Part shown: positions 43,101 through 54,559 of the stretch, one piece after another | How the letters are laid out: every line of letters begins with the position of its first letter | Position numbering within the stretch: position 1 is the stretch's first letter | Assembly (NCBI GenBank): GCA_030390025.1 | Contig: CM059432.1 | Location: 141,486,001-141,550,000 of the forward strand | Direction: 5' to 3' | Length of the DNA stretch: 64,000 nucleotides | Source of the DNA: Squalus acanthias | Lineage: Eukaryota | The notes under the pieces: model-generated | What the model saw: only the letters and a program-made list of their open reading frames with translations | What the model was told of the DNA's origin: nothing | Database searches by the model: none | Made by a program: the position numbers and the translations under genes

Positions 43101-45107
43101 TCCACTGGCACAGTATGGAGTATAACTCCACTGGCACAGTAAGGAGTATAACTCCACTGGCACAGTAAGGAGTATAACTCCACTGGCACAGTAAGGAGTA
43201 TAACTCCACTGGCACAGTATGGAGTATAACTCCACTGGCACAGTATGGAATCTAACTCCACTGGCACAGTAAGGAGTATAACTCCACTGGCACAGTATGG
43301 GTGTAACTCCACTCGCACAGTATGGAGTCTAACTCCACTGGCACAGTAAGGAGTATAACTCCACTGGCACAGTATGGAGTATAACTCCACTGGCACAGTA
43401 AGGAGTATAACCCCACTGGCACAGTATGGAGTATAACTCTACTGGCACAGTATGGAGTATAACTCCACTGGCACAGTAAGGAGTCTAACTCCACTCGCAC
43501 AATAAGGAGTATAACTCCACTGGCACAGTATGGAGTATAACTCCACTGGCACAGTATGGAGTATAACTCCACTGGCACAGTATGGAGTATAACTCCACTG
43601 GCACAGTAAGGAGTCTAACTCCACTGGCACAGTATGGAGTCTAACTCCACTGGCACAGTAAGGAGTATAACTCCACTGGCACAGTATGGAGTATAACTCC
43701 ACTGGCACAGTATGGAGTATAACTCCACTGGCACAGTAAGGAGTCTAACTCCACTGGCACAGTAAGGAGTATAACTCCACTGGCACAGTATGGAGTATAA
43801 CTCCACTGGCACAGTATGGAGTATAACTCCACTGGCACAGTATGGAGTATAACTCCACTGGCACAGTATGGAGTATAACTCCACTGGCACAGTAAGGAGT
43901 ATAACTCCACTGGCACAGTATAGAGTATAACTCCACTGGCACAGTATGGAGTCTAACTCCACTGGCACAGTAAGGAGTATAACTCCACTGGCACAGTAAG
44001 GAGTATAACTCCACTGGCACAGTATGGAGTATAACTCCACTGGCACAGTATGGAGTATAACTCCACTTTCTCAGTATGGAGTCTAACTCCACTCGCACAG
44101 TATGGAGTATAACTCCACTGGCACTGTATGGAGTATAACTCCACTGGCACATTAAGGAGTATAACTCCACTGGCACAGTAAGGAGTATAACTCCACTGGC
44201 ACAGTAAGGAGTATAACTCCACTGGCACAGTAAGGAGTATAACTCCACTGGCACAGTATGGAGTATAACTCCACTTTCTCAGTATGGAGTCTAACTCCAC
44301 TCGCACAGTATGGAGTATAACTCCACTGGCACATTAAGGAGTATAACTCCACTGGCACAGTATGGAGTATAACTCCACTGGCACATTAAGGAGTATAACT
44401 CCACTGGCACATTAAGGAGTATAACTCCACTGGCACATTAAGGAGTATAACTCCACTGGCACAGTAAGGAGTATGACTCCACTGGCACAGTAAGGAGTAT
44501 AACTCCACTGGCACAGTATGGAGTATAACTCCACTGGCACAGTAAGGAGTATAACTCCACTGGAACAATATGGAACAATATGGAGTATCACTCCACTGGT
44601 TCAGTACGGAGAATAACTCCACTCGCACAGTATGGAGTATAACTCCAGTGGCACTGTACGGAGTATAACTCCACTGGTTCAGTAAGGAGTATAACTCCAC
44701 TGGCACTATACGGAGTATAACTCCACTGGCACAGTATGGAGTATAACTCCACTGGCACAGTATGGAGTATAACTCCACTGGCACAGTATGGAGTATAACT
44801 CCACTGGTTCAGTACGGAGTCTAACTCCACTGGCACATTAAGGAGTATAACTCCACTGGCACAGTATGGAGTATAACTCCACTGGCACAGTATGGAGTAT
44901 AACTCCACTGGCACAGTATGGAGTATAACTCCACTGGCACAGTATGGAGTATAACTCCACTGGCACAGTATGGAGTATAACTCCACTGGTTCAGTACGGA
45001 GTCTAACTCCACTGGCACATTAAGGAGTATAACTCCAGTGGCACTGTACGGAGTATAACTCCACTGGCACTATACGGAGTATAACTCCACTGGCACTGTA
45101 CAGAGTA
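13127..45107. repeat. 26-bp satellite, consensus GGAGTATAACTCCACTGGCACAGTAT, ~32 kb, roughly 1200 copies, with kb-scale higher-order blocks
   Basis: The 26-bp period is directly visible. Common variants are AGTAAGG, GTCTAAC and ACTCGCAC, and diagnostic variant blocks recur. Confidence 0.99.
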
Positions 45108-45684
45108 TGGGGGTGAAACTGGTTGCCTATGCACCTCCCATTAGTTAGTGCCCAGGCGATGTTAGCGCCCCAAAATGTTCGGTACCAAATTTTTCCCCCG
45201 ATCTGCCTTTAACAAATCTGTGCTGGCTTCCCTTAATTAATCCACACTTGTCGAAGCGACTGTTAATTTTGTCCCGTTTCTGAAAGCTTCCCCACTAGCT
45301 GCCCGATGTGGGGTATAACTCCACTGGCACAGTACGGATTATGGGCTCTGTGGCCCTGGTGCTTTGCTGAAGTACAAGGGCTGCATTACGAGGAGCGAAC
45401 TTATTCACAGCTCCAATGGGGCCTTGAGGAGACTTGTGCACAGTTAGTGCGCAGGGTCTTAGTGCCCCAGGTGTTATCCTCCTGTATTGCCCAACAATCA
45501 GTACATCAGATGTGGAGTGGGGACAGCGCTCTGTACCAATAATACGGGGCAACAGTTCCCTAAGTGTTTTAGCCCTTCAGTCACTGCCGGTTACGTTACT
45601 GGCACATTAAATACCAGACGACATATTTAATGGCAGTGACTTGACATTCTAACACACAGCATCTGAAATTCAGCATAGAATTAC

Positions 45685-45770
45685 ATCGACTTGATTGAGT
45701 TTTCTGATGAGGTAACAGAGAGTGTGGAGCAGGGCAGTGCAGTTGATGTTGTGTATATTGCGTTTGATAA
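45685..45770 (+). mobile_element. Short CR1 RT fragment
   Basis: Translates as LIEFSDEVTESVEQGSAVDVVYIAFDK. Confidence 0.7.
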
Positions 45771-45771
45771 A

Positions 45772-47412
45772 ATCACAGAATCATAGAAATTTACAGCACA
45801 GAAGGAGGCCATTCGGCCCATCTTGTCCGTGCCGGCCGACCAATAGCTATCCACCCTAATCCCACTTTCCAGCACTTGGTCCGTAGATTTGTAGGTTACA
45901 GCACTTCAAGTGTGTATCCAAGTACTTTTTAAATGCGATGAGGGTTTCTGCCTCTTCCACCCTTTCAGGCAGTGAGTTCCAGACCCCCACCACCCTCTGG
46001 GTGAAAAAATTTCGCCTCAAATCCCCTCTAAACCTCCGACCAATTATTTTAAATCTATGCCCCCTGGTTATTGACCCTTCTGCTAAGGACAAATAGGTCC
46101 TTCCTGTCCACTCTATCTAGGCCCCTCATAATTTTATACACCTCAATGAGGTCTCCCCTCAGCCTCCTCTGTTCCAAAGAAAACAACCCCAGCCTATCCA
46201 ATCTTTCCTCATAGCTAAAATTCCCCAGCCCAGGCAACATCCTCATAAATCTCCTCTGCACCCTCTCCAGTTCAATCACATCCTTCCTGTAATGTGGTGA
46301 CCAGAACTGCACGCAGTATTCTATCTGCAGCCTAACTAGTGTTTTATACAGTTGAAGCATAACCTCACTGCTCTTATATGGGCAACACGGTGGCATAGTG
46401 GTTAGCACTGGTGCCTCACAGCGCCAGGGACCCGGGTTCGAATCTGACCTCGGGTGACTGTCTGTGTGGAGTTTGCACATTCTCCCCGTGTCTGCGTGGG
46501 TTTCCTCCGGGTGCTCCGGTTTCCTCCCACAGTCCAAAAATGTGCGGGTTAGGTTGATTTGGCTATGATAAATTGACCCTTAGTGTTAGGGGGGTATTAA
46601 ATATGTGGGGTTATGGGGATAGGATGGGATATGTTAGGGGGAATTAAATACGTGGGGTTACGGGGGTAGGGTGGGATATGTGTACTGTGGGGATTAAAGC
46701 AGGGACAGGGTACTGGATTTGGATGATCAGCCATGATCGTATTGAATGGTGGAGCAGGCTCGACGGGCCGAATGGCCTACTCCTGCTCCTAGATTCTATG
46801 TTTCTATGTTTCTATATATTCTATGCCTCGTCTAATAAAGGCAAGTATCCCGTATGCCTTCTTAACTATCTTATCTACTTGTCCTGCTACCTTCAGGGAT
46901 CTGTGGACATGCACTCCAAGGTCCCTCTGATCTCCTGCACTTCTCAGTGTCCTACCATTTATAGTGTATTCGCTTGCCTTGTTAGCCCTCCCCAAATGCA
47001 TTACCTCACACTTCTCCAGATTGAATTCCATTTGCCACTGTTCTGCCCACCTGACCAGTCCACTGATATCTTCCTGCAGTCTACAGCTTTCTTCTTCATT
47101 ATCAACCACATGGCCAATTTTTGTATCATCTGCAAACTTCTTAATCGTACTTCCTACATTCAAGTCCAAATCATTGATATATACCACAAAAAGCAAAGGA
47201 CCCAGTACTGAGCCCTGCGGAACCCCACTGTAAACAGCCTTCCAGTCACAAAAACACCCTTCGACCATTACCCTTTGTTTCCTGCCACTGAGCCAATTTT
47301 GGATCCAACTTGCCACTTTGCCTTGGATCCCATGGGCTTTTACATTCGTGACCAGTCTGCCATGCGGGACCTTATCAAAAGCCTTGCTAAAATCCATATA
47401 GACTACGTCAAC
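45772..47412 (-). mobile_element. CR1 LINE, RT domain to 3' end, interrupted by an HE1 SINE at 46380-46814
   Basis: Minus-strand ORFs VDVVYMDFSKAFDKVPHGRL...GVPQGSVLGP...KFADDTK...RRGIEY|KSSEVMLQLYKTLVR...FFTQRVV, followed by the TTCTATGATTCTGTGA tail. Confidence 0.93.
46380..46814 (+). mobile_element. HE1-like V-SINE (elasmobranch) fused to a CR1 3' tail, flanked by TSD TATAT
   Basis: tRNA-derived head with A box (TGGCATAGTGG) and B box (GGTTCGAATC), and V-domain GTGGAGTTTGCACATTCTCCCCGTGTCTGCGTGGGTTTCCTCCGGGTGCTCCGGTTTCCTCCCACA. TATAT lies at 46375-46379 and 46815-46819. Confidence 0.9.
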
Positions 47413-49222
47413 CTTTAGATTCCTGAGGCATTGGGACCGTTTCTGGGGGAGATGGGACCTGTACAAGCCAGACGGGTTGCACCTCAACAGGACCGAGACC
47501 AATATCCTGGCGGCGGGGTTTGCTAGTGCTGTTGGAGAGAGTTTAAACTAGCTTGGCAGTGGGATGGGAACCTGAGAGTGGATTCAGAAGGGAGAGAAGC
47601 AAAGCTGGAAATGGAAGGCAGACAATTAGTAAGTGAGTTTGGAAGGCAGAGGAAACAAAGGCTAGAAAATAGACAACAAGGGGGTTTGGCAGTGCTTAAT
47701 GGTATATAATTCAATGCAAGGAGTCTAGGGAATAAAGCAGATGAGCTGAGAGCACAGATAGACATGTGGGAGTATGATATTATAGCTATTACTGAGACAT
47801 GGCTGAAAGAAGGGCAGGAATGGCAGCTCAACATACCTGGTTACAGGGTTTTCAGACAAGATAGAGAGGGGGATAAAAAAGGAGGGAGGGTCGCAAGATT
47901 GATTAAAGAAACAATTACAGCTGTGAGGAGGGATGATATCTTAGAAGGATCATCAAATGAGGCCATATGGGTTAAACTGAAAAACAAAAAATGGGCAATC
48001 ACACTGCTGGGAGTGTACTATAGACCTCCCAACAGTCAGAGGGAGATAGAAGAGCTAATATGTAGGCAAATTTCTGAGATGTGCAAAAATAGGGCAGTAA
48101 TAGTAGCGGATTTCAACTTCCCTAATATTAACTGGGATAAAATTAGTGTGAAAGGTATAGAGGGAGCAGAATTCTTAAAATGCATTCAGGAGAACTTCTT
48201 TTTTAGCCAGTACGGAGCAAGTCCAACAAGGGGGGGCGGTTCTGGGCCTAGTTTTAGGGAATGAAGCTGGGCAGGTGGAAAGGGTATCAGCGGGAGAGCA
48301 TATTGGTGGTAGTGATCATAATTCAGTTAGATTTAGGGTAGTTATGGAAAAGGACAAGGATAGACCAGGAATAAAAGTTCTCAATTGGGGAAAAGCTCAT
48401 TTTACTAAGCTAAGAGGTGACTTAGCCAAAGTGGACTGGAGAGAGAAACTTGAAGGTAAATCAGTGTCAGAGCAGTGGGAGGCGTTCAAGGAGGAGCTAG
48501 TGAGGGTTCAGAGCAAGTATGTTCCCTTAAAGAAAAAGGGTGGGACTAACAAATCTAGAGCTCCCTGGATGTCAAGGGGCATACAGGGTAGGATAAAGAA
48601 ACAAAGGGAAGCTTATGACAGATACAAATGGCTAAATACTGCAGAAAACCTGGAGGAGTATAGAAAGTGCAGGGGTGAAATTAAAAAGGAAATTAGGAAA
48701 GCAAAGAGAGGGCATGAAAAAATATTGGCAAGTAAAATCAAGGAAAACCCAAAGATGTTTTATAAATACATTAAGAGCAAGAGGATAACTAAAGTAAGAG
48801 TAGGGCCTATTAGGGACCATAAGGGTAACCTGTGTGTGGAGGCGGAAGACGTGGGTATGGTTCTTAATGAATACTTTGCGTCTGTTTTCACAAAAGAGAG
48901 GAACGATGCAGACATTGCAATCAGGGAGGAGTGTGAAATATTAGATGAAATAAACATAGTGAAAGAGGAAGTATTAAAGGGTTTAGCAGCTTTGAAAGTG
49001 GATAAATCCCCAGGCCCGGATGAAATGTATCCCAGACTGTTAAGAGAAGTAAGAGAGGAAATGGCAGAGGCCCTGACCATCATTTTCCAATCCTCTCTGG
49101 CTACAGGTGTGGTGCTGGAGGACTGCTAACGTGGTACCGTTGTTTAAAAAGGGAGAAAGGGATAGACCGAGTAATTACAGGCCAGTCAGCCTAACCTCGG
49201 TGGTGGGAAAATTATTGGAAAA
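47413..49222 (+). mobile_element. CR1 LINE segment: end of ORF1 (SGNH esterase-like), ORF2 AP-endonuclease and start of RT
   Basis: ORF1 end FRFLRHWDRFWGRWDLYKPDGLHLN...SLN*. ORF2 contains NARSLGNK, IAITETWL, GVYYRPP, DFNFP, SDHN, KSPGPD and NYRPVSLTSVVGKLLE, with a few stops and frameshifts. Confidence 0.93.
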
Positions 49223-49224
49223 AC

Positions 49225-49460
49225 TTTTTTACGCAACGAGTGGTTAGGATTTGGGATGCACTGCCTGATAGGGGGGTGGATACAGATTCAATAGTAGCCT
49301 TCAAAAGGGAATTGGATAAATACTTGAAGGAGAAAAAATTTGCAGGGATATGAGGAAAGAGCACGGGGGAGTGGGACTAACTGGACTGATCTTTGAAAGA
49401 GCCGGCGCAGACTCGATGGCCGAATGACCTCCTTCTGTGCAGTACTATTCCATGATTCTA
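49225..49460 (+). mobile_element. CR1 LINE 3' end fragment
   Basis: TTTTTACGCAACGAGTGGTTAGG...GGCCGAATGACCTCCTTCTGTG...ATTCCATGATTCTA; similar to 160-375. Confidence 0.8.
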
Positions 49461-49462
49461 TA

Positions 49463-49690
49463 CATAGAATTTTACAGCACAGAGGTCCACGCTGGTGTTT
49501 GTGCTCCACACGAGCCTCCTCCCACCCCTCTTCATCTCCCCCTATCAGCATATCCTTCTATTCCTTTATCCCTCATGTGCTTATCTGGCTTCCCCTTAAA
49601 TGCATCCACGCTATTCTCCTCAGCCACTCCCTGTGGTAGCGAGTTCCACATTCTAATCACAATCTGGGTAAAGAAGTTTCTCCTGATATC
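49463..49690 (-). mobile_element. CR1 LINE 3' end fragment
   Basis: Reverse complement of a CR1 3' UTR/tail; same subfamily as 52230-52445. Confidence 0.7.
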
Positions 49691-50422
49691 TTTATTGATG
49701 GGGTGCAACGCAAACCAAGTTATTTAGATTTGATTCCTGGTCGGTGCTGATTTATCTGACTTCAAGCAGACTGGATATCGAGTGCAACCAGTCTCTGATC
49801 CCCTGGGTTCCGAGCGGAAATGATCAAAGGTAATCATCCAGTGACTGAGGATCAAGCTCAGCCGCGATGCCCTACACAGTCAAATAGCAGCCAGCGCTCA
49901 CGGTCAAGGCTCATGCCTTGCGGTAAGGTGCCAGAGGGCTGCTGGTGTCTTGGGAGCTGTAACACAGCATACTTCAGTGCCTTCAGAGGCAAGGGACGAA
50001 CACAGGGAAACGTTCCCCACAGATACCTGTCACATTCACATGTGCTTACACACGTACAACGTGCATGCTTACACATACACTTCGTGTTTACAAACACACA
50101 CACACAAACATTGTCAGTGTTGTAAAGATCCACTCGGAAACCTCACCAAGAGCAGTTCAATTTGGAAAGGGATATCTTTTACTTACTGACTTGTCCGAGC
50201 TCCAGCATGAATCACACAAGTAATACAAGATCTATTGCTGCTCTCTTCATTTTAATTCATTCCCAGCTGCTCATTAGATTAGCGATTGTTGCTTTATCAA
50301 TGTAATTGTGTAACTGAGATATGAGGCAATGTTGTACTCCAGTTTGGGCAAAGATCCATAATTACTGCATGAACAGTTGGTCCCATGCTCCCTACCAGTG
50401 CAGTCCATACAGTGCAGTCCAT

Positions 50423-51634
50423 GTGGAGACGAAGTCCCGTCTTCATACTGAGGACATCCTCCATTGTGTTGTGCGGCACTACCACCGTGCTAAATGGGAT
50501 AGATTCAGAACAGATCTAGCAGCTCAAAACTGGGCATCCATGAGGCACTGTGGGCCATCAGCAGCAGCAGAATTGTATTCCACCACAATCTGTAACCTCA
50601 TGGCCTGGCATATCCCTCACTCTACCATCACTATCAAGCCAGGGGACCAACCCTGGTTTAAATGAGGAGTGTAGAAGAGCATGCCAGGAGCAGCACCAGG
50701 AAGTGCCAACCTGGTGAAGTTACAACACAGGACTACATGCATGCTAAACAGCGGAAGCAGCATGCTATAGACAGAGCCAAGAGATCCCAAAACCAACGGA
50801 TCAGATCAAAGCTCTGCAGTCCTGCCACATTCAGTCGTGAAAGGTGGTGGACAATTAAACAACTAACGGGAGGAGGAGGCTCCATGAACATCCCCATCAT
50901 CAATAATGGTGGAGCCCAGCACGTGAGTGCAAAAGACAAGGCTGAAGCGTTTCCAACCATCTTCAGCCAGAAGTGCCGAGTGGATGATCCATATCGGCCT
51001 CCTCCTGAGGTCTCCACCATCACAGAAGCCAGTCAGAGACTAGGTATTCTGCAGTGAGTGTCTCACCTCCTGACTCCCCAAAGCCTTTCCACCATCTACA
51101 AGGCACAAGTAAGGAGTGTGATGGAATACTCTCCACTTGCCTGGGTGAGTGCAGCTCCAACAACACTCAAGAAGCTCGACACCATCCAGGACAAAGCAGT
51201 CCGCTTGATTGGCACCCCATCCACCACCTTAAACATTCACTCCCTCCACCACTGGCCCACCATGTCTGCAGTGTGTACCATCTACAAGATGCACTGCAGC
51301 AACTCACCAAGGCTTATTTGACAGCACCTCCCAAACCCGCGATCTCTTCCACCTCGAAGGACAAGGGCAGCAGGTGCATGGGAACACCACCACCTCCAAG
51401 TTCCCCTCCAGGTCACACACCATCCTGACTTGAAAATATATCACTGTTCCTTCATCGTCGCTGGGTCAAAATCCTGGAACTCCCTCCCTAACAGCATTGT
51501 GGGAGTACCTTCACCACACGGACTGCAGCAGTTCAAGAAGGCGGCTCACCACCACCTTCTTGAGGGCAATTAGGGATGGGCAATAAATGCTGACCTTGCC
51601 AGCGACACCCACATCCCGTGAATCAATAAAGAAA
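50423..51634 (+). mobile_element. Non-LTR retrotransposon (same family as 8925-10535) with the RT core deleted
   Basis: High similarity to the reverse complement of 8925-10535. It jumps from TITEAS directly to QRLGIL at ~51033 and ends in GAATCAATAAAGAAA. Confidence 0.88.
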
Positions 51635-51635
51635 T

Positions 51636-51765
51636 AGTCCAGACAGTGGTCCCAGACAGTTAAGTCTAGACAGTCCAGTCCAGACAGTGCAGTCCAGACA
51701 GTGCTCCCAGGTAGTGCAGTCCAGACAGTGCTCCCATACAGTGCAGTCCATACAGGGCAGTCCAT
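51636..51765. repeat. Degenerate ~14-bp minisatellite (CAGTGCAGTCCAGA)
   Basis: Repeated AGTCCAGACAGTG units; the same motif occurs at 50397-50422 on the other side of the LINE. Confidence 0.7.
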
Positions 51766-52229
51766 TGCCTGTCTCACCCCTCAGATGACTAGTTGGGACT
51801 GATGACTGGTGAAACTAACACATAAAACGCTGATCAAAAACACAGGCATCTGAAAGACAGAGACAAAAGGGGGAGATTTTACAAATTGTTGCTCTGACAC
51901 AGAGTTTGCGTGGCAGGAGGATATATCGGGAATTGGAATGTGGAGATCAGGCCATCCCATGGGATTTTCCAGGGAATGACGTGCGGGGACCTCTAACCCC
52001 AATATTCACTTCTGGTGTTCGGAGCTTTGTGACAGGAACACGAATTAGTAAAACCTATCCTTGTAGTTATGGGTAGGCCCATCCATCAGAACTATTTAAT
52101 TCCAGCAAGAGAATTTGCCCAAAGTCCAGAATATAAATGCCAATCAAATCTAGGATCCAAATTCAGGCCCCGTAATCGAATGCCCAATGTTCTATTTTTA
52201 CTCCTTTTTTTTTTGTCTAACTACTAGAT

Positions 52230-53260
52230 GTAGAATTACATAGAACGTACAGGCCATTCGGCCCAACTGGTCCATGCCATGTTCCTCCCACCCCTCTTCA
52301 TCTCACGCCATCAACATAGTCCTTTCGCCCTCACGTGTTTATCTAGCTTCCCCTTAAATGCATCTATACTATTTCTCTCAGCCACTCCCCGCGGTAGCGA
52401 GTTCCACATTCTCACCACTCTCTGGGTAAAAAAGTTTCTCCCGAATTCTTGGTGGTGAATCTTTGGAATTCTCTACCCCAGAGGGCTGTGGAGGCTCAGT
52501 CATTGGGTATATTCAAAACAGAAGTCGATAGATTTCTAACTAGTAAGGACATCAAGGGATATGGCGATAGGGCCGGTGAATGGAGTTGAGGCAGAAGATC
52601 AGCCGTGATCTCATTGAATGGCGGAGCAGGCTCGAGGGGCCGAATGGCCGACTCCTGCTCCTAATTCTTATGTTTTTATTCCCTATTAGATTTATTAGTG
52701 ACTGTCTTATATTTATGGCCCCTAGTTTTGGTCTCCCCCACAAGTGGAAACATTTTCTCTACGTCTACCCTATCGAATCCCTTCATAATCTTTAAGACCT
52801 CGATCAGGTCACCCCCCTCAGCCTTCTCTTTTCTAGAGAATCGAGCCCCAGCCTGTTCAGTCTTTCCTGATAGGTACAACCTCTCAGTATCACCCTTGTA
52901 AAAAAAAAATTGCACCTTCTCCAGTGCCTCTATATCCTTTTTATAATATCAAGAGCAGAATTGTTCACAGTGCTCCAAGTGTAGTCTAACCAAGGTTCAG
53001 TACAAGTTTAACATAACTTCTCTGCTTTTCAATTCACTGAAATGAACCCCAGTGCTTGGTTTGCTTTTTTTATGGCCTTATTAACCTGTGTGGCTACTGT
53101 TAGTGATTTGTGTATCTGTACCCCCAATCGCTCTGCTCCTCTAACCTATTTAGACACTTATTTTCCAAGGAGTATGTGGCCTCCTTATTCTTCCTATCAA
53201 AATGCACCACCTCACACTTTAATTTATTTTGAAATTAATTTGCCAACTACACGCCCAGTC
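52230..53260. mobile_element. Cluster of CR1 fragments (52230-52445 minus, 52450-52675 plus, 52680-53260 minus)
   Basis: CR1 3' UTR motifs; minus-strand GDLIEVLKIMKGFDRVD...KTRGHKYK; similarity to 376-680. Confidence 0.8.
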
Positions 53261-53336
53261 TGCAAGCTGGTGTTTCGCTAAAGGCGGCGCCGTTCATCTT
53301 GTTGCCCTTCCTTTTTGCAGGGCAGGGGGTTGCACA

Positions 53337-53456
53337 ATGGGGCTGCAGAAACCAGTTGCAGCCACACTCATCGTACTAGTGAGCAGTATGATCGTCATCG
53401 TGGCAATCACAGTGATACAGCAGTTCAACAAAGTCACTCTTCCCAGCGGACTTAAG
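53337..53456 (+). CDS. ENTPD3: ENTPD3-like ectonucleoside triphosphate diphosphohydrolase, coding exon with N-terminal transmembrane helix
   Basis: ATG in strong Kozak context (ACAATGG). MGLQKPVAATLIVLVSSMIVIVAITVIQQFNKVTLPSGLK resembles ENTPD3 ...ITVIQIHKQEVLPPGLK. Acceptors at 53320 and 53325; donor AAG|GTAC, phase 0. Confidence 0.88.
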
Positions 53457-53724
53457 GTACGTCGCACGTTACAGCGGTCGGCTAAGCTCGCTCGTCCGCA
53501 CGAGTCCGCGGGGCCGGTGGGGGAGCAGGGTCGGGGCACCTCTGGTTGGACGCATTCCTGGAGGTGTCAACGCATGACCCTCCTGCCTCTGACCGCCCCC
53601 CCGCCCCCCCCCATGCTCCCCACCATTGGTCGCCCAACACGTCCATCATCGCAGGGCCCGCATTCCCACGGCCAGTCGGGAAGCAAGCAGACTCTTCCTT
53701 ACCCGATTGGATTATTCTTGACAC

Positions 53725-54048
53725 TCAGTCAAACAGTCTTTCGGATGAGACGTTAAACCGAGGGCCCCGTCTGCTCTCTCAGGTGAACGCAAGAGATCCC
53801 ATGGCGCTATTTTGAAGAAGAGCAGGTGTCCTGGGCTAATATTTATCCCTCAATCAACATCACTAAAAACAGATTATCTGGTCATTATCACACTGCTGTC
53901 TGTGGGAGCTTGCTGTGCGCAAATTAGCCGCCGCTGTTCCTACATTACAACAGTGACCACACTTCAAAAGTACTTCATTGGCTGTAAAGCGCTTTGGGAC
54001 GTCCTGAGGTCGTGAAAGGCGCTATAGAAATGTAAGTTCTTTCTTTCT
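53725..54048 (+). mobile_element. Deu-domain SINE (SacSINE1-like), 5'-truncated
   Basis: Deu core TCTTTCGGATGAGACGTTAAACCGAGG...AGATCCCATGGC, plus L2-like tail AAAGGCGCTATAGAAATGTAAGTTCTTTC. Confidence 0.8.
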
Positions 54049-54109
54049 ATGTCCAATATTTTTATAATTAATAATCAAATATGTTCAAAGAATTTTTTTT
54101 TTAAAACGC

Positions 54110-54226
54110 AATTGTTTTTAATGCCCCTTTTAATTTTCTCCTGGAGTTGATCGCAGAAGTGTCTGGGAGATTAATCTTCAATTCCTGGAGACTCCAGGCC
54201 AATCCTGGAGGAGTTGGCAACCCCTA
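54110..54226. mobile_element. Possible end of a non-autonomous hAT-like DNA transposon
   Basis: Ends in GTTGGCAACCCCTA (reverse complement of a TAGGG(G)TTGCCAAC-type TIR), with the subterminal palindrome CCTGGAGACTCCAGG. No partner TIR was found. Confidence 0.35.
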
Positions 54227-54559
54227 GGGTCTCCCCATTGCCCATGCCAATCAGAGATTGGCCAGTAAACCCTGGGCACCACGCGCCTGGGTTTACCATC
54301 GCAATGTTGGCGGCGAAGGTTCTCTTGCAGCAACGCAGTTGCCTCATTACACTTCCTATCCCCGCACCCATCGCTTATCGGCTCCCCTCTTGCTGCCATC
54401 CCTCCCAACTAGGCCACCCCTTCTCCTGAACTTATCCTGTGAACCTGCTACCCGTGAGGAGCGGAGTCAAGGGGGTATGATATAGTTATTGGCAGTCTGG
54501 CCAGCTAGGAGCAAGAGCCACCAGGACTAGGGCTGGGATTGGGGTAGGCTAAAAATGAC

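Noticed and set aside
13077..45018. Very long minus-strand ORFs (up to 1613 aa) of PVELYSILCQWSYTPYCASGVILHT repeats
   Set aside because: The 26-bp consensus has no stop on the minus strand, so all three frames give the same peptide. There is no codon-level constraint, indels are tolerated, and there is no exon context.
1225..45107. CRISPR-like appearance (26-32-bp partly palindromic repeats)
   Set aside because: Units are head-to-tail with no unique spacers, there are no cas genes, and the context is vertebrate.
46380..46455. tRNA-like sequence with A and B boxes
   Set aside because: It is the head of an HE1-like SINE, followed directly by the V-domain, not a tRNA gene.
46804..49129. RT and endonuclease ORFs as functional genes
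   Set aside because: They are fragments of a rearranged CR1 with stops and frameshifts, not an autonomous element or host gene.
49715..49960. Possible old SINE-like repeat (similar sequence on the minus strand near 61960-62190)
   Set aside because: Too degenerate to assign a family or boundaries by eye.
53229..53756. 175-aa single ORF as a complete protein
   Set aside because: Only 53337-53456 (or from 53326) is exon; the rest is read-through into intron and CR1 sequence.
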